Virus record (IMG/VR): IMGVR_UViG_3300005529_000004
Span: 1 to 64,000 of that record
Length of the DNA: 64,000 bases
Reading direction: 5' to 3' (one strand)
From: a virus
Shown here: positions 18,099-27,845 of the stretch, one piece after another
Numbering within the stretch: position 1 is the stretch's first letter
Layout of the letters: each line of letters begins with the position of its first letter
Position numbers and translations under genes: made by a program
The notes under the pieces: model-generated
Databases searched by the model: none
The model's input: only the letters and a program-made list of their open reading frames with translations
What the model was told of the DNA's origin: nothing

Positions 18099-18831
18099 CA
18101 GTCACCGTACCGACTGCAGGCGCCTCGGCAACGGGCGCTACGGGCGCGGCCGGGGCCGGTGCCGCCGGAGCTACCGGCGCTGCGGCCGGAGCCTCGGGTG
18201 TAGGCGCCACAGGCGCCACAGGAGCCGCAGGTGCGGCCGGAGCGGGCGCAGCCGGGGCTGCGGGCGGCGGAGCCGCCACAACGGGCGCTGCGGGCGCTGC
18301 GACCGGCGCCGGGGCGGGCACCTCGGCAACCGGAGCCGGGGCTGCCGCCGGAGTCGCGACCGGCGTCGCGGTGACCGGCACGCCAGCGACGGGCGCCGGG
18401 AGTGCCGGAGCCGAGACGAGCTGGATGCCGCCGATGAGGAACTGGTTGGACTGCTTGTTCTTGTAGGTGTTGATCTCGACCTGGGCGTTGGCCTCGCGCC
18501 CTTCGAGCGCCTTCGCGACTGCCTGCAGGTACGCCTCGACCGAAGGCAGGGCCGCGTAGCCCGCCGCGACCAGGACGTCCTTCGACAGCCCGAAGCCCGC
18601 GAGGTTCTGGGCGAGGATGCCCGATGCCCGCGACGTCGCCGAGAGGTTGAAGTAGAGGAACTTCCCGGCGTAGGGGCCGTCGAGCACCTGGCACTTGAGC
18701 GAGATGTACGGACTCGCTCCGCCGTTGCCCTTCGCGCCCTTGACGATGAAGTGGTACGGGCCTACCGGAAGCACCTCGCGGGTGTCGTCGTACGCCTCCA
18801 GCAGCTCGTTGACGGTGACCGTGTCGGTCAT
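18079..18831 (-). CDS. DUF669-like ssDNA-binding protein
   Basis: LPVGPY..., CQVLDGPYAGK; Pro/Ala tail ending DDPAF; adjacent to the Sak4-like ATPase. Confidence 0.7.
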   Translation of the reverse strand: MTDTVTVNELLEAYDDTREVLPVGPYHFIVKGAKGNGGASPYISLKCQVLDGPYAGKFLYFNLSATSRASGILAQNLAGFGLSKDVLVAAGYAALPSVEAYLQAVAKALEGREANAQVEINTYKNKQSNQFLIGGIQLVSAPALPAPVAGVPVTATPVATPAAAPAPVAEVPAPAPVAAPAAPVVAAPPPAAPAAPAPAAPAAPVAPVAPTPEAPAAAPVAPAAPAPAAPVAPVAEAPAVGTVTGDDPAF

Positions 18832-19583
18832 GCTGCAACTCCTTCCGTTGCCGCAGCGATAGGCTGCGGCTGGTTGCCGTTGCCGAGCAGCTCCATGAGC
18901 TGCGCGATGTTCGGGTTCGGGATGACCGGCCCAGGCAGCCGCCCGGTCCCGTCCTTCGCCACGAATCCCGGCTGCGGGTGGACCAGCAGGCTGCGCTGAT
19001 ACACCGGCTGCCCGTCCGTTCCTGCCACGGGCGCGACGTAGTAGTAGCCGACCACGTCGAGGTAGTAGGGAACCGTTGTCGCGAGCTGCCCCTGGAGCAG
19101 CGGCCGCTTCGTGCCGTCTGAGTCCTTCGTGCCGACGATGAACAGCACGCACTCGGCGTTGTCAGGCAGCAGGGTCAGGTCGCGGTAGCTGCGGACAAGC
19201 GACTCCAGGCGCCGCAGCAGCGTGCCCCAGTCCTGCTGGTCGAGCATGTTGACTCCGGCGACGGCATCGATGCAGCGCTTCTGGGCCTCCATCAAGGAGT
19301 CCATCACGACGCTCTTGAACGGATGCCGTCCCGACCGGAGCCAGGTGTAAATCCACTGCAGCGTGTCGAAGTCAGCGATCGTCGCCACGCACGTCTGCCA
19401 ACTCCCGTCGTAGACCGGCGGGTCGGCCGGTGGTACCCAGGCGATCTTCGGACCGCTGGGCGTGTACTGTGCGCGCCCCTCCAGGTCGAGGATCAGGCGC
19501 GGCGCCGGGGCGGTGTCCGCCAACCAGCTCTTGCCCACGCCAGACTCGCCGTGGATGAGGCCCGTCAGGGTAGTCCTCATCAT
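18828..19583 (-). CDS. AAA_24/Sak4-like recombination ATPase
   Basis: GESGVGKS, VVMDSL, QQDWG and AKDGTG. Confidence 0.85.
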   Translation of the reverse strand: MMRTTLTGLIHGESGVGKSWLADTAPAPRLILDLEGRAQYTPSGPKIAWVPPADPPVYDGSWQTCVATIADFDTLQWIYTWLRSGRHPFKSVVMDSLMEAQKRCIDAVAGVNMLDQQDWGTLLRRLESLVRSYRDLTLLPDNAECVLFIVGTKDSDGTKRPLLQGQLATTVPYYLDVVGYYYVAPVAGTDGQPVYQRSLLVHPQPGFVAKDGTGRLPGPVIPNPNIAQLMELLGNGNQPQPIAAATEGVAA

Positions 19584-20572
19584 CCTCCTCCTTCTCCCTC
19601 CATCCCCGCCTCCGAGGATAGCGCGAGCGCGTTCTCGTAGCGGGCCAGAGGATTGCGCTCGACGTACATGGCCGCGAGCGCGCCTTCGATGTCGGAACCG
19701 TCGTCGTTCATGACGCAGACCGGCAGGAAGGCACAGTCCCACGAGCAGTCGCGCGTGGGGTTCGGCGGGCACACCACGTGGTGGTCCGCCCCGGCGTCGA
19801 GCGCTGCGGTCGCCGCCTGAATCTCACGGCCGATCGCGACGACATGGCGCCAGTGGTTCCGCAGCTCGATGATGTTGTGCGGGACGTCCTCACGGCCGTA
19901 GAATGGCGGCTGCGCGCGAGCGGTCCGCTTCACCTTGCGGAGCATGTTGTAGAGGATGCCGTGGCACTGCTGCATGGCCTCCTCGGGCGTCGCGCCCTCC
20001 TCGATCGAGTGCAGGAAGCGCGCGAGGTGCTCCGTCAGGAGCTGCGTGTCCAGCTTGAGCAGCGGCATGTTCTGCTCCAGGGTCTGGACGGTCTTGTGTT
20101 CCAGGGCCAGCCGCATGCCGTCCGACTCACGGGTGACCGGCGCGTCGAGCTTCGAGATGAGCGTGATGCCCGGCTCCTCGACCTTGAGCGGCACCTCGAC
20201 GGTCCGCTCCGATCCCTCGACCCGCAGAGCCTGATCCGCGCCGGTCTCCTCCAGCCACTCCAGGTAGCCGACGACCATCGCGACGCACAGCTCCTTCTCG
20301 GACAGGATCGCCTTCTCCAGCGCGGGCATCCTCTCCAGCTTCGCAGCGGCGACCTGCTCGATGAAGGCGACCGGGTCGGGCCGCTTCCGCTTACGCGGAG
20401 GGAGCGGCTCGTAGTAGAGCGCGAGCGCGTCGTGGACGAGGTTGCCGATCGAGAGGCTTCCGCCCGGCTCCTCCTCCACGATCTTGCCCAGCCGCTTGTA
20501 GGTCGAGTAGTACCACTGCCTCCGGCAGCGCCGCCACTGCTTCATCTCGCTGTTGGACAGCCGCAGCGTCAC
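19580..20572 (-). CDS. Cas4/RecB-like PD-(D/E)xK exonuclease
   Basis: SNS...CRRQWYY, GNLVHDAL, KLD...EHKT and C-terminal CSWDCAFLPVC. Confidence 0.85.
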   Translation of the reverse strand: MTLRLSNSEMKQWRRCRRQWYYSTYKRLGKIVEEEPGGSLSIGNLVHDALALYYEPLPPRKRKRPDPVAFIEQVAAAKLERMPALEKAILSEKELCVAMVVGYLEWLEETGADQALRVEGSERTVEVPLKVEEPGITLISKLDAPVTRESDGMRLALEHKTVQTLEQNMPLLKLDTQLLTEHLARFLHSIEEGATPEEAMQQCHGILYNMLRKVKRTARAQPPFYGREDVPHNIIELRNHWRHVVAIGREIQAATAALDAGADHHVVCPPNPTRDCSWDCAFLPVCVMNDDGSDIEGALAAMYVERNPLARYENALALSSEAGMEGEGGG

Positions 20573-20817
20573 GCCGGAACACCGACCAGGATGACCTTCG
20601 CTGCGTGGATGAACAGGGGCGTGCCGTCGAAGCGCTCCAGCTCGACCAGCATGTCCGGGCCGTTCACTGCGTCGTTAATCTTGCGCGAGACCTGCTCGAC
20701 GGTGCCCTTCACGATGACCCAGTGGTCGGGGCCGAAGTCCACCGCGCACTTCGAGCGCAGTCCTGCGCGCCCGCGCGGACGCGGGGACTGTCGTGTCGTC
20801 CGTGCCTTCGCAGTCAT
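20569..20817 (-). CDS. Hypothetical protein
   Basis: 4-bp overlaps on both sides. Confidence 0.6.
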   Translation of the reverse strand: MTAKARTTRQSPRPRGRAGLRSKCAVDFGPDHWVIVKGTVEQVSRKINDAVNGPDMLVELERFDGTPLFIHAAKVILVGVPA

Positions 20818-21413
20818 GCCTGCACCTCCGTGAAGCCGTGGGCGGCGACGATGATGTGCTGGAGCGTGGCTGCGACCTTCTCCTCCAGCTCCTCGATCGT
20901 GCCGTCGTTCTCGATGACGTAGCCGATCAGCGCCGGGTCCGGGTCAGCCTCCGATGCGTGTGTGTCAGAGTCGTCCAGGCCGGGCCGCTCGACCCGAATG
21001 TTGACGCCGCCCTTCGCGATGATCGCCGACAGCTCGTTGTCGAAGCGGGCGTCGGTGAAGCAGACGGCCTCGCCGTCTCCGGGCAGGTTCGCCATCGCGT
21101 AGTCCACCCAGAAGTCGCTGCCGAACACGTCCCGGTGCGCCTCCGTGCCGTAGCGCTGGAGAGCCTCGCGCAGGGTCATCGCGCGGACGATCTGATGCTC
21201 GGCGACGGTGATGCCGAAGATCGCGCCGGGGTCGCTCTTGAAGGTCTCGATGAACGCAACCGGCACGTCGAGCAGGGCCGCGAAGCTCCGCTTCAGCGGG
21301 TCGGCGAACGAGGCCGTCCTGAATCCGTGGTTGCGGGCGAGAATGTCGCCGACCGTGTTCTTGCCCGCGTACTTCTTGCCGTTGATGCCGATGAGCATGT
21401 CCTGGCCCATCAC
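20814..21413 (-). CDS. Deoxynucleoside monophosphate kinase
   Basis: GKKYAGKNT, SFADPLK, REALQRYGTE, DARFDNE and HASE. Confidence 0.9.
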   Translation of the reverse strand: MMGQDMLIGINGKKYAGKNTVGDILARNHGFRTASFADPLKRSFAALLDVPVAFIETFKSDPGAIFGITVAEHQIVRAMTLREALQRYGTEAHRDVFGSDFWVDYAMANLPGDGEAVCFTDARFDNELSAIIAKGGVNIRVERPGLDDSDTHASEADPDPALIGYVIENDGTIEELEEKVAATLQHIIVAAHGFTEVQA

Positions 21414-21967
21414 GCCTCCTCCTTGAGGGTTGCATACCGAGCGAGGAAGGTCCGCTCCGTCCGCTTCGGACTCCAGCCCACGATGCGCGCGGGCAGCGGT
21501 TCGACGTCCCGGTAGTAGGCCCAGTCGTCGGTGCCGTGCAGCAGGTCGCGGGCCTCGGTGACCAGCAGCCGGATGTCAGCTTCCTTGACCGGGCCGGGGA
21601 ACGGGAACGTCACACCGAAGACCTCGCCGATGACGGCCTCGATCCTCTGCTCTGCTCCGCGATACGCCTGGCCCAGGCGCGGGTGGTTCTTCAGCGGCTT
21701 CGCCATGTCCTGGAGGTACGCCTCGGCCGCGTCGTGCAGCAGCGCGTCGAGCGCGAACTCCGGTGGGACGATCCGCGAGGCCAGGACGCAGTGCTGCCCG
21801 ACCGAGTAGAAGTCCCGAAGATGTCCCGAGAACCGGCACTGGCAGGAGAGCGCGTGCGCGATGTCTTCGATGCAGACGTCCTCGGGCTGCAGGTCCAGCG
21901 GATCGACCATCCGGCCGCTGAACGTGTGGATGCGCGAGGGCATCCGCTCGAACTTCTGCTTGCTCAA
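21410..21967 (-). CDS. HD-domain phosphohydrolase (YfbR-like)
   Basis: DIAHALS..CRFSGH..YSVGQH..LLHDAAEAY..D. Confidence 0.88.
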   Translation of the reverse strand: MSKQKFERMPSRIHTFSGRMVDPLDLQPEDVCIEDIAHALSCQCRFSGHLRDFYSVGQHCVLASRIVPPEFALDALLHDAAEAYLQDMAKPLKNHPRLGQAYRGAEQRIEAVIGEVFGVTFPFPGPVKEADIRLLVTEARDLLHGTDDWAYYRDVEPLPARIVGWSPKRTERTFLARYATLKEEA

Positions 21968-22260
21968 CGATTCCTCCTCCTGCTCATCTTCGCCACCCTG
22001 TTGGCGGCTCGGCGGCGCCTCATCAAGCGGGCGCCGTAGGGCGTGCGGAGACCCGGAATGCCCAGGTCCGGCTGCCCTTCCTCCCCTGGAACGTAGTGCA
22101 GCTTGCGGCCAGTGTAGTCGCGCCGCCGAGCGAGCGGTGGCTCCACAGCCAGCCGCTTGATCGTCTCGATGAAGCGCGCCCGGCCGAATGCCTCCTGCAG
22201 CAGCCGCGCCTCACGCTTCGTGCCAGGCCGAGCCTGACCCTTCGGGTGATGTCTCTTCAC
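21964..22260 (-). CDS. Basic hypothetical protein
   Basis: GTG after a GGAGG SD; GTGA overlap. Confidence 0.55.
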   Translation of the reverse strand: MKRHHPKGQARPGTKREARLLQEAFGRARFIETIKRLAVEPPLARRRDYTGRKLHYVPGEEGQPDLGIPGLRTPYGARLMRRRRAANRVAKMSRRRNR

Positions 22261-22754
22261 TGCCGAACCTCCAGGCCGTGGAATGCCACGAAGTCCAAGA
22301 ACTCCTGGGGCAGCTTCGCGACTGGGTTGAGTGGCCACGTCTCCAGCCCCAGGTGTCGCCGCCACAGCATGTCACCCGCCCACTGGGTGTACTCGGCGGC
22401 TTTCGCCGTATCGGGCTTGAACTCATCGCCCTCTCCGAGCGGGATTCCCTGCTCGTCCATCTGACGACGGTGGTTGCCGGTGACGTCTGTGGAACGCCTC
22501 ACGTGGTCGCGAGCGCCTCGATCGTAGTTGTCCGGGCGCTTTCGGTGTCCGTAGCCGACAAGGTCTACGGCCTCGGCCAGCGACTGGTGTACCTGTACGA
22601 GTCGGCGCTCCTTCTCGGCGGTGCTGCGCCCGTAGAGCGGATCAACCGCGCGCTTCGCCGCAAGCTTCTCCGCCTGGCAGGTCCGGCACTCATTCCGTCC
22701 GTCCACAATCGGCTCGCCGTGGACCTCGCAGATGCGCTCTACTTCGCCAGCCAC
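22257..22754 (-). CDS. Hypothetical protein with an N-terminal Cys/His motif
   Basis: CEVH...CRTC; start position uncertain. Confidence 0.5.
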   Translation of the reverse strand: MAGEVERICEVHGEPIVDGRNECRTCQAEKLAAKRAVDPLYGRSTAEKERRLVQVHQSLAEAVDLVGYGHRKRPDNYDRGARDHVRRSTDVTGNHRRQMDEQGIPLGEGDEFKPDTAKAAEYTQWAGDMLWRRHLGLETWPLNPVAKLPQEFLDFVAFHGLEVRQ

Positions 22755-24571
22755 CGCTTCAGCGTCTCCTGGTCGCGGACGATCTCCTCCAGCCGCGCTT
22801 CCTTGTCCATGAGGATCGCGTGGACGCGCTGCTCGATCGTGCCTTCGGTGATGACGTCGATGATCTCGGCGCCGTGCAGGTCGTTCATGCGGCCGTAGAT
22901 GCGGTCCTCCGCCTGGCTGTTCTTGATCAGGCTGAATGAGCGCTGCAAGAACACCGAGGTGTGCGCGGCGGTCAAGGTCAGACCCTCGCCACCGGCGCCC
23001 AGCGTCAGCAGGATCGCCTTGAGCTTGCCCGCCTGAAACTCGTTGACTACCGTTGCGCGGTCGAGCGCCGAGACGCCGCCGTGGATGGCACCGATGTTGT
23101 ATCCCGCCTTCACCAGGCGCGCGCTGCAGATGTCGAGGAGCTGCCGCGACTCCATGAACACGACGATCTGCTGGTCGCCGGTCTCGGCGATGATCTCTTC
23201 CAGGGCGTCGGCCTTGCACGACGGCTCCGACAGGATCAGCGGAGTCTGGTCTACGACCTCGATCTCGTGCCCGGCATAGGTCTGTGTCGCCCAGGACTCG
23301 GCCTGCTCGCGCGTCGGATGGGTCGGGGCGTTGATGAGCTGTCCGTTGACCTTGACGCCGAAGGCAGGCTCGCCCATGTCGCCGGAGCAGCTCGCGAACT
23401 GGAGCAGCCGGGTCATCTTCGTGAGCGGGTTCGTCGTCAGCAGCGTGCCGCTCTCCAGCTCGGCGACCATCTCCTTCCTGATCGCTTCGTAAGCGGTCTT
23501 CTGCTTGGCCGTCATCGTGACGGTGCGCGTGGTGTAGATCTTCGGCGGGAGCTGCGGAAGCACCTGCTGCTTGACCCGGCGCATCATGCGCGGGTCTACG
23601 ATCTTGAACAGCTCGTCCTTCAGCTCCTCGCGGATGCCGATGACCTGCATGAAGCCAAACACGTTCCAGCTCTGCAGCGCATACCGCTCGATGAACTTCG
23701 TCTTCGCCGGGAACTCATGCGGCGCGATGAAGCGCATCAGGCTCCACAGGTCCTCCGGCCCGTTGGCGACCGGCGTGCCGGTCAGTGCAAACCTGTTCTC
23801 GGCCTGGTAGCCCATGAACCACAGCGCGCGGGTCTGCTTCGCCTTCGGGTCCTTCGCCCGGTGCGCCTCGTCCGCGACGACGGTCTTGAAGACGACGTCG
23901 TTCAGCGGGCCGGGCGTCTTCTCCTTGTCGGTGAGGTTGATCGAGCCGTATCCCGCCAGACGCGTGAGCGTCCGCAGCTTCTCGTAGTTGACGACGGCGA
24001 CCTCGGCTTCGCCCGCGACGAGCGCGTCGATCTGCTTCTTGCGTGGTGCTGCGGTGTCGGCCAGCACGACGACCTCGCGGGCTGGCGCCCACTTGCGGAA
24101 CTCCTCGGCCCAGGTGTACCGCATGCTGTTCGGGCAGACGACCAGCGCCGGGTACGCCGCGTTGCCGATCGCCTCCATCGCCGCGATCGTCTGGATGCTC
24201 TTGCCGAGGCCCATCTCGTCGGCGAGCAGAGCCTGCCGCGCCGTGGACAGGAACTTCGCACCGGCGCGCTGGAACGGGTGGAGCGCGGTCATGATCGCGA
24301 AGTCGGGAGCGTCGTCGGCGTCGCGCAGCGCCAGGCAGGGCTGGATGCGGGACTCGATCTCGGCGCGCGCCCAGGCATTCAGCTCGGGGCCGATCGCCAG
24401 CTCGCTGCCGAAGACGCCGCGCGCCTGCACGCAGGCTGCCCAGCTCAGCGGGCACCACCAGGCCTCGATCCCGGCGTCCCACTTGATGCCTGGGATGAGA
24501 CCCACCTGCTGCCGCTCGCGATACTCGGTGTCGAAGACGATGCGGTCGCCCGCCCGTTCAGCTACTGCCAC
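22739..24571 (-). CDS. SNF2-family helicase
   Basis: ADEMGLGKS, DEAH, LTGTP, GEGLTL and QAEDRIY. Confidence 0.93.
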   Translation of the reverse strand: MAVAERAGDRIVFDTEYRERQQVGLIPGIKWDAGIEAWWCPLSWAACVQARGVFGSELAIGPELNAWARAEIESRIQPCLALRDADDAPDFAIMTALHPFQRAGAKFLSTARQALLADEMGLGKSIQTIAAMEAIGNAAYPALVVCPNSMRYTWAEEFRKWAPAREVVVLADTAAPRKKQIDALVAGEAEVAVVNYEKLRTLTRLAGYGSINLTDKEKTPGPLNDVVFKTVVADEAHRAKDPKAKQTRALWFMGYQAENRFALTGTPVANGPEDLWSLMRFIAPHEFPAKTKFIERYALQSWNVFGFMQVIGIREELKDELFKIVDPRMMRRVKQQVLPQLPPKIYTTRTVTMTAKQKTAYEAIRKEMVAELESGTLLTTNPLTKMTRLLQFASCSGDMGEPAFGVKVNGQLINAPTHPTREQAESWATQTYAGHEIEVVDQTPLILSEPSCKADALEEIIAETGDQQIVVFMESRQLLDICSARLVKAGYNIGAIHGGVSALDRATVVNEFQAGKLKAILLTLGAGGEGLTLTAAHTSVFLQRSFSLIKNSQAEDRIYGRMNDLHGAEIIDVITEGTIEQRVHAILMDKEARLEEIVRDQETLKRWLAK

Positions 24572-25064
24572 CTGCCACCTCCTCCTCGGCGGAGGATAGC
24601 AAACTCGACGGTTCGAGCAAGCCGTTCCTCACCATGTAGGTCACGAGGTGCCTGGTGGCATCTCGCGCGTGGTCCTTCCCCGGCGTGTACCAGCCGAGCC
24701 GCTTCAACTTCTCGTCGGTCACGAACGCCTTAGCGTCGGACGGCGACTGCACGACGAACGGGATGGTCTTCCGCAGCTCGCCGTCTTCGTTGTGCTGGTT
24801 CGAGTAGGTGTGCGCGAGCCAGCGCAGGGCGCCGATGATCTCGATGGCGGTGTTCGACCCGCCGCGCGTCGCCTGCACCGTCCGCGAGGAGATCGTGAAC
24901 CGCTCCACGATCAGGACCTCCAGCTCGCCATCGTGCAGCTTCCCGTTGACGTACGTGACGGCGTCCATCGCGGACGGCTCCGCCCAGAAGTACGACTCGC
25001 CGGACTCGGTGTCGAACAGCGCGAAGCCGGTGGTCTCGCCCGGATCGACGGCCAGGAGCCTCAC
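24558..25064 (-). CDS. RuvC-like Holliday junction resolvase
   Basis: AVDPGETTGFA, VERF and DHARDA. Confidence 0.8.
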   Translation of the reverse strand: MRLLAVDPGETTGFALFDTESGESYFWAEPSAMDAVTYVNGKLHDGELEVLIVERFTISSRTVQATRGGSNTAIEIIGALRWLAHTYSNQHNEDGELRKTIPFVVQSPSDAKAFVTDEKLKRLGWYTPGKDHARDATRHLVTYMVRNGLLEPSSLLSSAEEEVAGGSS

Positions 25065-25651
25065 TCAGCCGTCCCGTCACAGTATCGGCAGAGCGGTCCG
25101 GCGTAGCCGTGAAGGTCGCGGCCGCACTGCGTGCAGCACGGATGAGCGCCGAACTCCGGCAGGTGCCGGGCGTCCGAGGAAAGCGGGCGGAATCCCCAAG
25201 CCGCGCGCTCCTGGTCCTCGGCGTTCAGCGGCGCGTGAACAACCGGGAAGGCCATCTCCCCGCGACAGCATCCGTCGCAGCCGTGGACGCCTTCGCCCTC
25301 GCGCCCGATCGAGGCGAGGTATTCCTGGTCATCCGGGTCTGGGTGACCGACGCCGTGCTTGCAGATGCGCTCCACGATCCGCCGATCGCCGCGCCAGTGG
25401 GTCGGCCAGTCCTTCATGTGGTGGTCGCTCGGGTGGTGGACGACGCATCCGCGTCCCTCGCACAGCTCAGGGTCGTGGACGTTCGTGATGACCTCGCCGG
25501 TGCCGGTCACCCAGACGCCAGCGAGCACCTCGTTGATCAGCGTCTCGACGTCGGACCGCCGGATGTAGGAGTACCAGCCGCTCCTCCCGTAGCCATCCTC
25601 GTCCGCCTTCGCCAGCTCCGCGCGCAGCCGGAGCGCCGCCTGGATGCTCAT
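25061..25651 (-). CDS. Cys/His-rich hypothetical protein
   Basis: CVVHHPSDHHM, ERICKHGVGHPDPD, HGCDGCC and a C-terminal CxxC..CxxC. Confidence 0.65.
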   Translation of the reverse strand: MSIQAALRLRAELAKADEDGYGRSGWYSYIRRSDVETLINEVLAGVWVTGTGEVITNVHDPELCEGRGCVVHHPSDHHMKDWPTHWRGDRRIVERICKHGVGHPDPDDQEYLASIGREGEGVHGCDGCCRGEMAFPVVHAPLNAEDQERAAWGFRPLSSDARHLPEFGAHPCCTQCGRDLHGYAGPLCRYCDGTAE

Positions 25652-25977
25652 GGCGTCTCCTTCCGCAGGACTTCGATCATCACCGAGTCGGGCATTGCCA
25701 TCACCGCGCAGTCCTTCGCATGTCCGGTCATCGCGAGCGCGCGCCCGAACGACTCCAGGGCGTGTCGGATGTCCTCTTCGTCCAGATGCGCCTCCGAGAA
25801 CTTGGCGATGACGATGTCGCCCGGCTGCAGCCGGAGAATCTCGACGCTCGGAAACTCGTCCGGCACGATGCTGATGCGGACGTCCTCCGGGTTGAGGACC
25901 GCGCGGAACTCCGGGCAGCCGGAGTCGTGCCCGTCCAGGTCCGTGTTGCGGAAGTCCGAACAGGTGCAGTCGGTCAT
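25648..25977 (-). CDS. Hypothetical protein
   Basis: SD plus ATG; ATGA overlaps. Confidence 0.6.
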   Translation of the reverse strand: MTDCTCSDFRNTDLDGHDSGCPEFRAVLNPEDVRISIVPDEFPSVEILRLQPGDIVIAKFSEAHLDEEDIRHALESFGRALAMTGHAKDCAVMAMPDSVMIEVLRKETP

Positions 25978-27845
25978 GCCGCCTCCTTCTCCAGCCACGG
26001 CGCCGGGGCCGTGGGAATATATGCCGGGTAGTCGTCCCGGTAGTGCTCGCCCCAGCGCGAGACGATGTCGCTGTCGATCTCCAGGGTCACGCCGGGCCAG
26101 TCGTCGCGGTCGGGCATGATCCGCTCCACGATGTCGCGGGCCGCAGCCGCGTGCTCGTTCGGCACCTCGAAGATCAGCTCGTCGTGGACCGAGAGCCGGA
26201 AGAACTCGCCCAGCTCGCCGCAGAGCTGGACCATCTTCTTCTTCATCGTCACGGCGCAACCGCCCTGGATGCGGTAGTTGACGCCGACGTACGCCTTCTG
26301 CAGCTCGACCGGCAGGCGCCTTCCGTCCTGGAGCCTAATCCAGCCCCACTTCCCATCGCCCGCACGATCGCGCACCTGCTGCGTGACGGCCTGCATGAAC
26401 GTGGCGACGCCGGGATAGAGCTGGTCGTAGCTGGTCAGGAACTGCTGCGCCGCCTCGACCGTGATCTTGGCGGTGGCCGCGAACTTCTCCAGCCCGGCGC
26501 CGTAGATCTTCGCGAAGCCTGCGTTCTTGCAGACGGTGCGCTGCGGCTTCGTGAAGCCCTCGCCGTAGAGCGCGAGCGCGGTGGCATCGTGAATGTCGCC
26601 GCCGCTGTTGAAGACGTCCAGCATCCGCTGCTCACGCGCCAGGCTTGCCAGCGCGCGCATCTCCATCCCGCTGAAGTCCGCCATCACGAAGCAGTGGTCA
26701 TCGTGCGGGATGATCGCGTCCCGGACGACCCGGCCGCGCGGGAGCTGCTGGAGCGGTGGATTAGCGACGCTCATGCGCCCCGTGCGCGCCTCCACGGGCC
26801 TCGTGCTGGCGTGGATGATCCCGTGGACGGCTGCGCCCCGCCCGGCCTGCTCGCCGAAGCCGTAGGGGTTCACAGGGCCGAGCTTGTAGAGGTAGTTGTC
26901 GAGCAGCCGCCGCGCGGTGCGCCAGCGGCGGACGATGCCCGCGACCGGGTAGCCGTGCTCGGCCAGCATGTCGAGCACGTCCTTGTCCACCGACAGGTTG
27001 CCCTTCTCGGTGAAGACCGCCCAGACCGCTCCCTGGGCGTGAAGCATGTCGATGATCTGGCGGTCGCTCGCCGGATTCTCGGCGGGAATCTGCGCGCGCA
27101 GCACGGCCGCGTCCTGCTCCAGTTTCTCGATGCACTGCTGACGGTAGGTCTCGTCAATAAGCAGGCCCGCGATCTCGGCCTCGCGCAGGCAGTGGATGAC
27201 GGCCATCTCCAGCTCGTAGGCTTCGCGGTAGGACGAGTGGACGGTGCCGAACACCTTGTCGGCCAGCATCGACGTCAGGCAGGTGTCGAGCGCGGAGTAT
27301 GTCCAGTAGGCCGGGACGTCGGTCGGGACCGTCGCCCAGGTCCAGCCGTGCTGCTGCATCGTCTGCCGGAGCAGGCCCTGCCCGATCTGCGCGCGACGGT
27401 CTACGTACATCGTGGCGAGGCCCTTCAGGTCCATCCGCGCGCTCGGGTCGAGCAAGTGGCCCATGACCATCGTGTCGTGTGCCAGGCGCTGCGGGATGTC
27501 GATTCCGTCCTGCTTCAGCATCCGCGAGTCGAAGAGGAGGTTGTGCGCGACCATCGGGCGGTCGTAGCCTTCGATTACTTCCTTGACGACGCCGCGCCAG
27601 TCCTTGTAGTCGATCGCCCAGCCGTGACGCGAATCGCCGAACTGCACCAGCCGGATGTAGTCGTGGCCGACGTTGAGGCCGGTGGTTTCAATGTCCACTG
27701 CGAGAAAGTCGCGCCGTTCGCCGAGCCACTGCTTGAGCGCATCGATGTCCTCCGATCGGTCGAGTCGGTGGAGCTGCAGGTCGCCCAGCCCGCCGCCTGC
27801 TGCGGGCCGGACGTCCTGCGCGTTGAGCTGCTGAGAGTCGTCCAC
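25974..27845 (-). CDS. DNA polymerase, family A (3'-5' exonuclease plus polymerase)
   Basis: DIETTGL, HNLLFD, RTGRMS..PPLQQLP, ADFSGMEMR, KNAGFAKIYG, NYRIQG and VHDE. Confidence 0.95.
   Translation of the reverse strand: MDDSQQLNAQDVRPAAGGGLGDLQLHRLDRSEDIDALKQWLGERRDFLAVDIETTGLNVGHDYIRLVQFGDSRHGWAIDYKDWRGVVKEVIEGYDRPMVAHNLLFDSRMLKQDGIDIPQRLAHDTMVMGHLLDPSARMDLKGLATMYVDRRAQIGQGLLRQTMQQHGWTWATVPTDVPAYWTYSALDTCLTSMLADKVFGTVHSSYREAYELEMAVIHCLREAEIAGLLIDETYRQQCIEKLEQDAAVLRAQIPAENPASDRQIIDMLHAQGAVWAVFTEKGNLSVDKDVLDMLAEHGYPVAGIVRRWRTARRLLDNYLYKLGPVNPYGFGEQAGRGAAVHGIIHASTRPVEARTGRMSVANPPLQQLPRGRVVRDAIIPHDDHCFVMADFSGMEMRALASLAREQRMLDVFNSGGDIHDATALALYGEGFTKPQRTVCKNAGFAKIYGAGLEKFAATAKITVEAAQQFLTSYDQLYPGVATFMQAVTQQVRDRAGDGKWGWIRLQDGRRLPVELQKAYVGVNYRIQGGCAVTMKKKMVQLCGELGEFFRLSVHDELIFEVPNEHAAAARDIVERIMPDRDDWPGVTLEIDSDIVSRWGEHYRDDYPAYIPTAPAPWLEKEAA

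Noticed and set aside
19580-20572. Cas4-like nuclease as evidence of CRISPR-Cas
   Set aside because: No repeat-spacer array or other cas genes seen; it sits in a standard Sak4/SSB recombination module.
22739-27845. Inteins or introns in helicase or polymerase
   Set aside because: Lengths are normal and no splicing or homing-endonuclease motifs are seen; the helicase has only a short insertion of about 40 aa.
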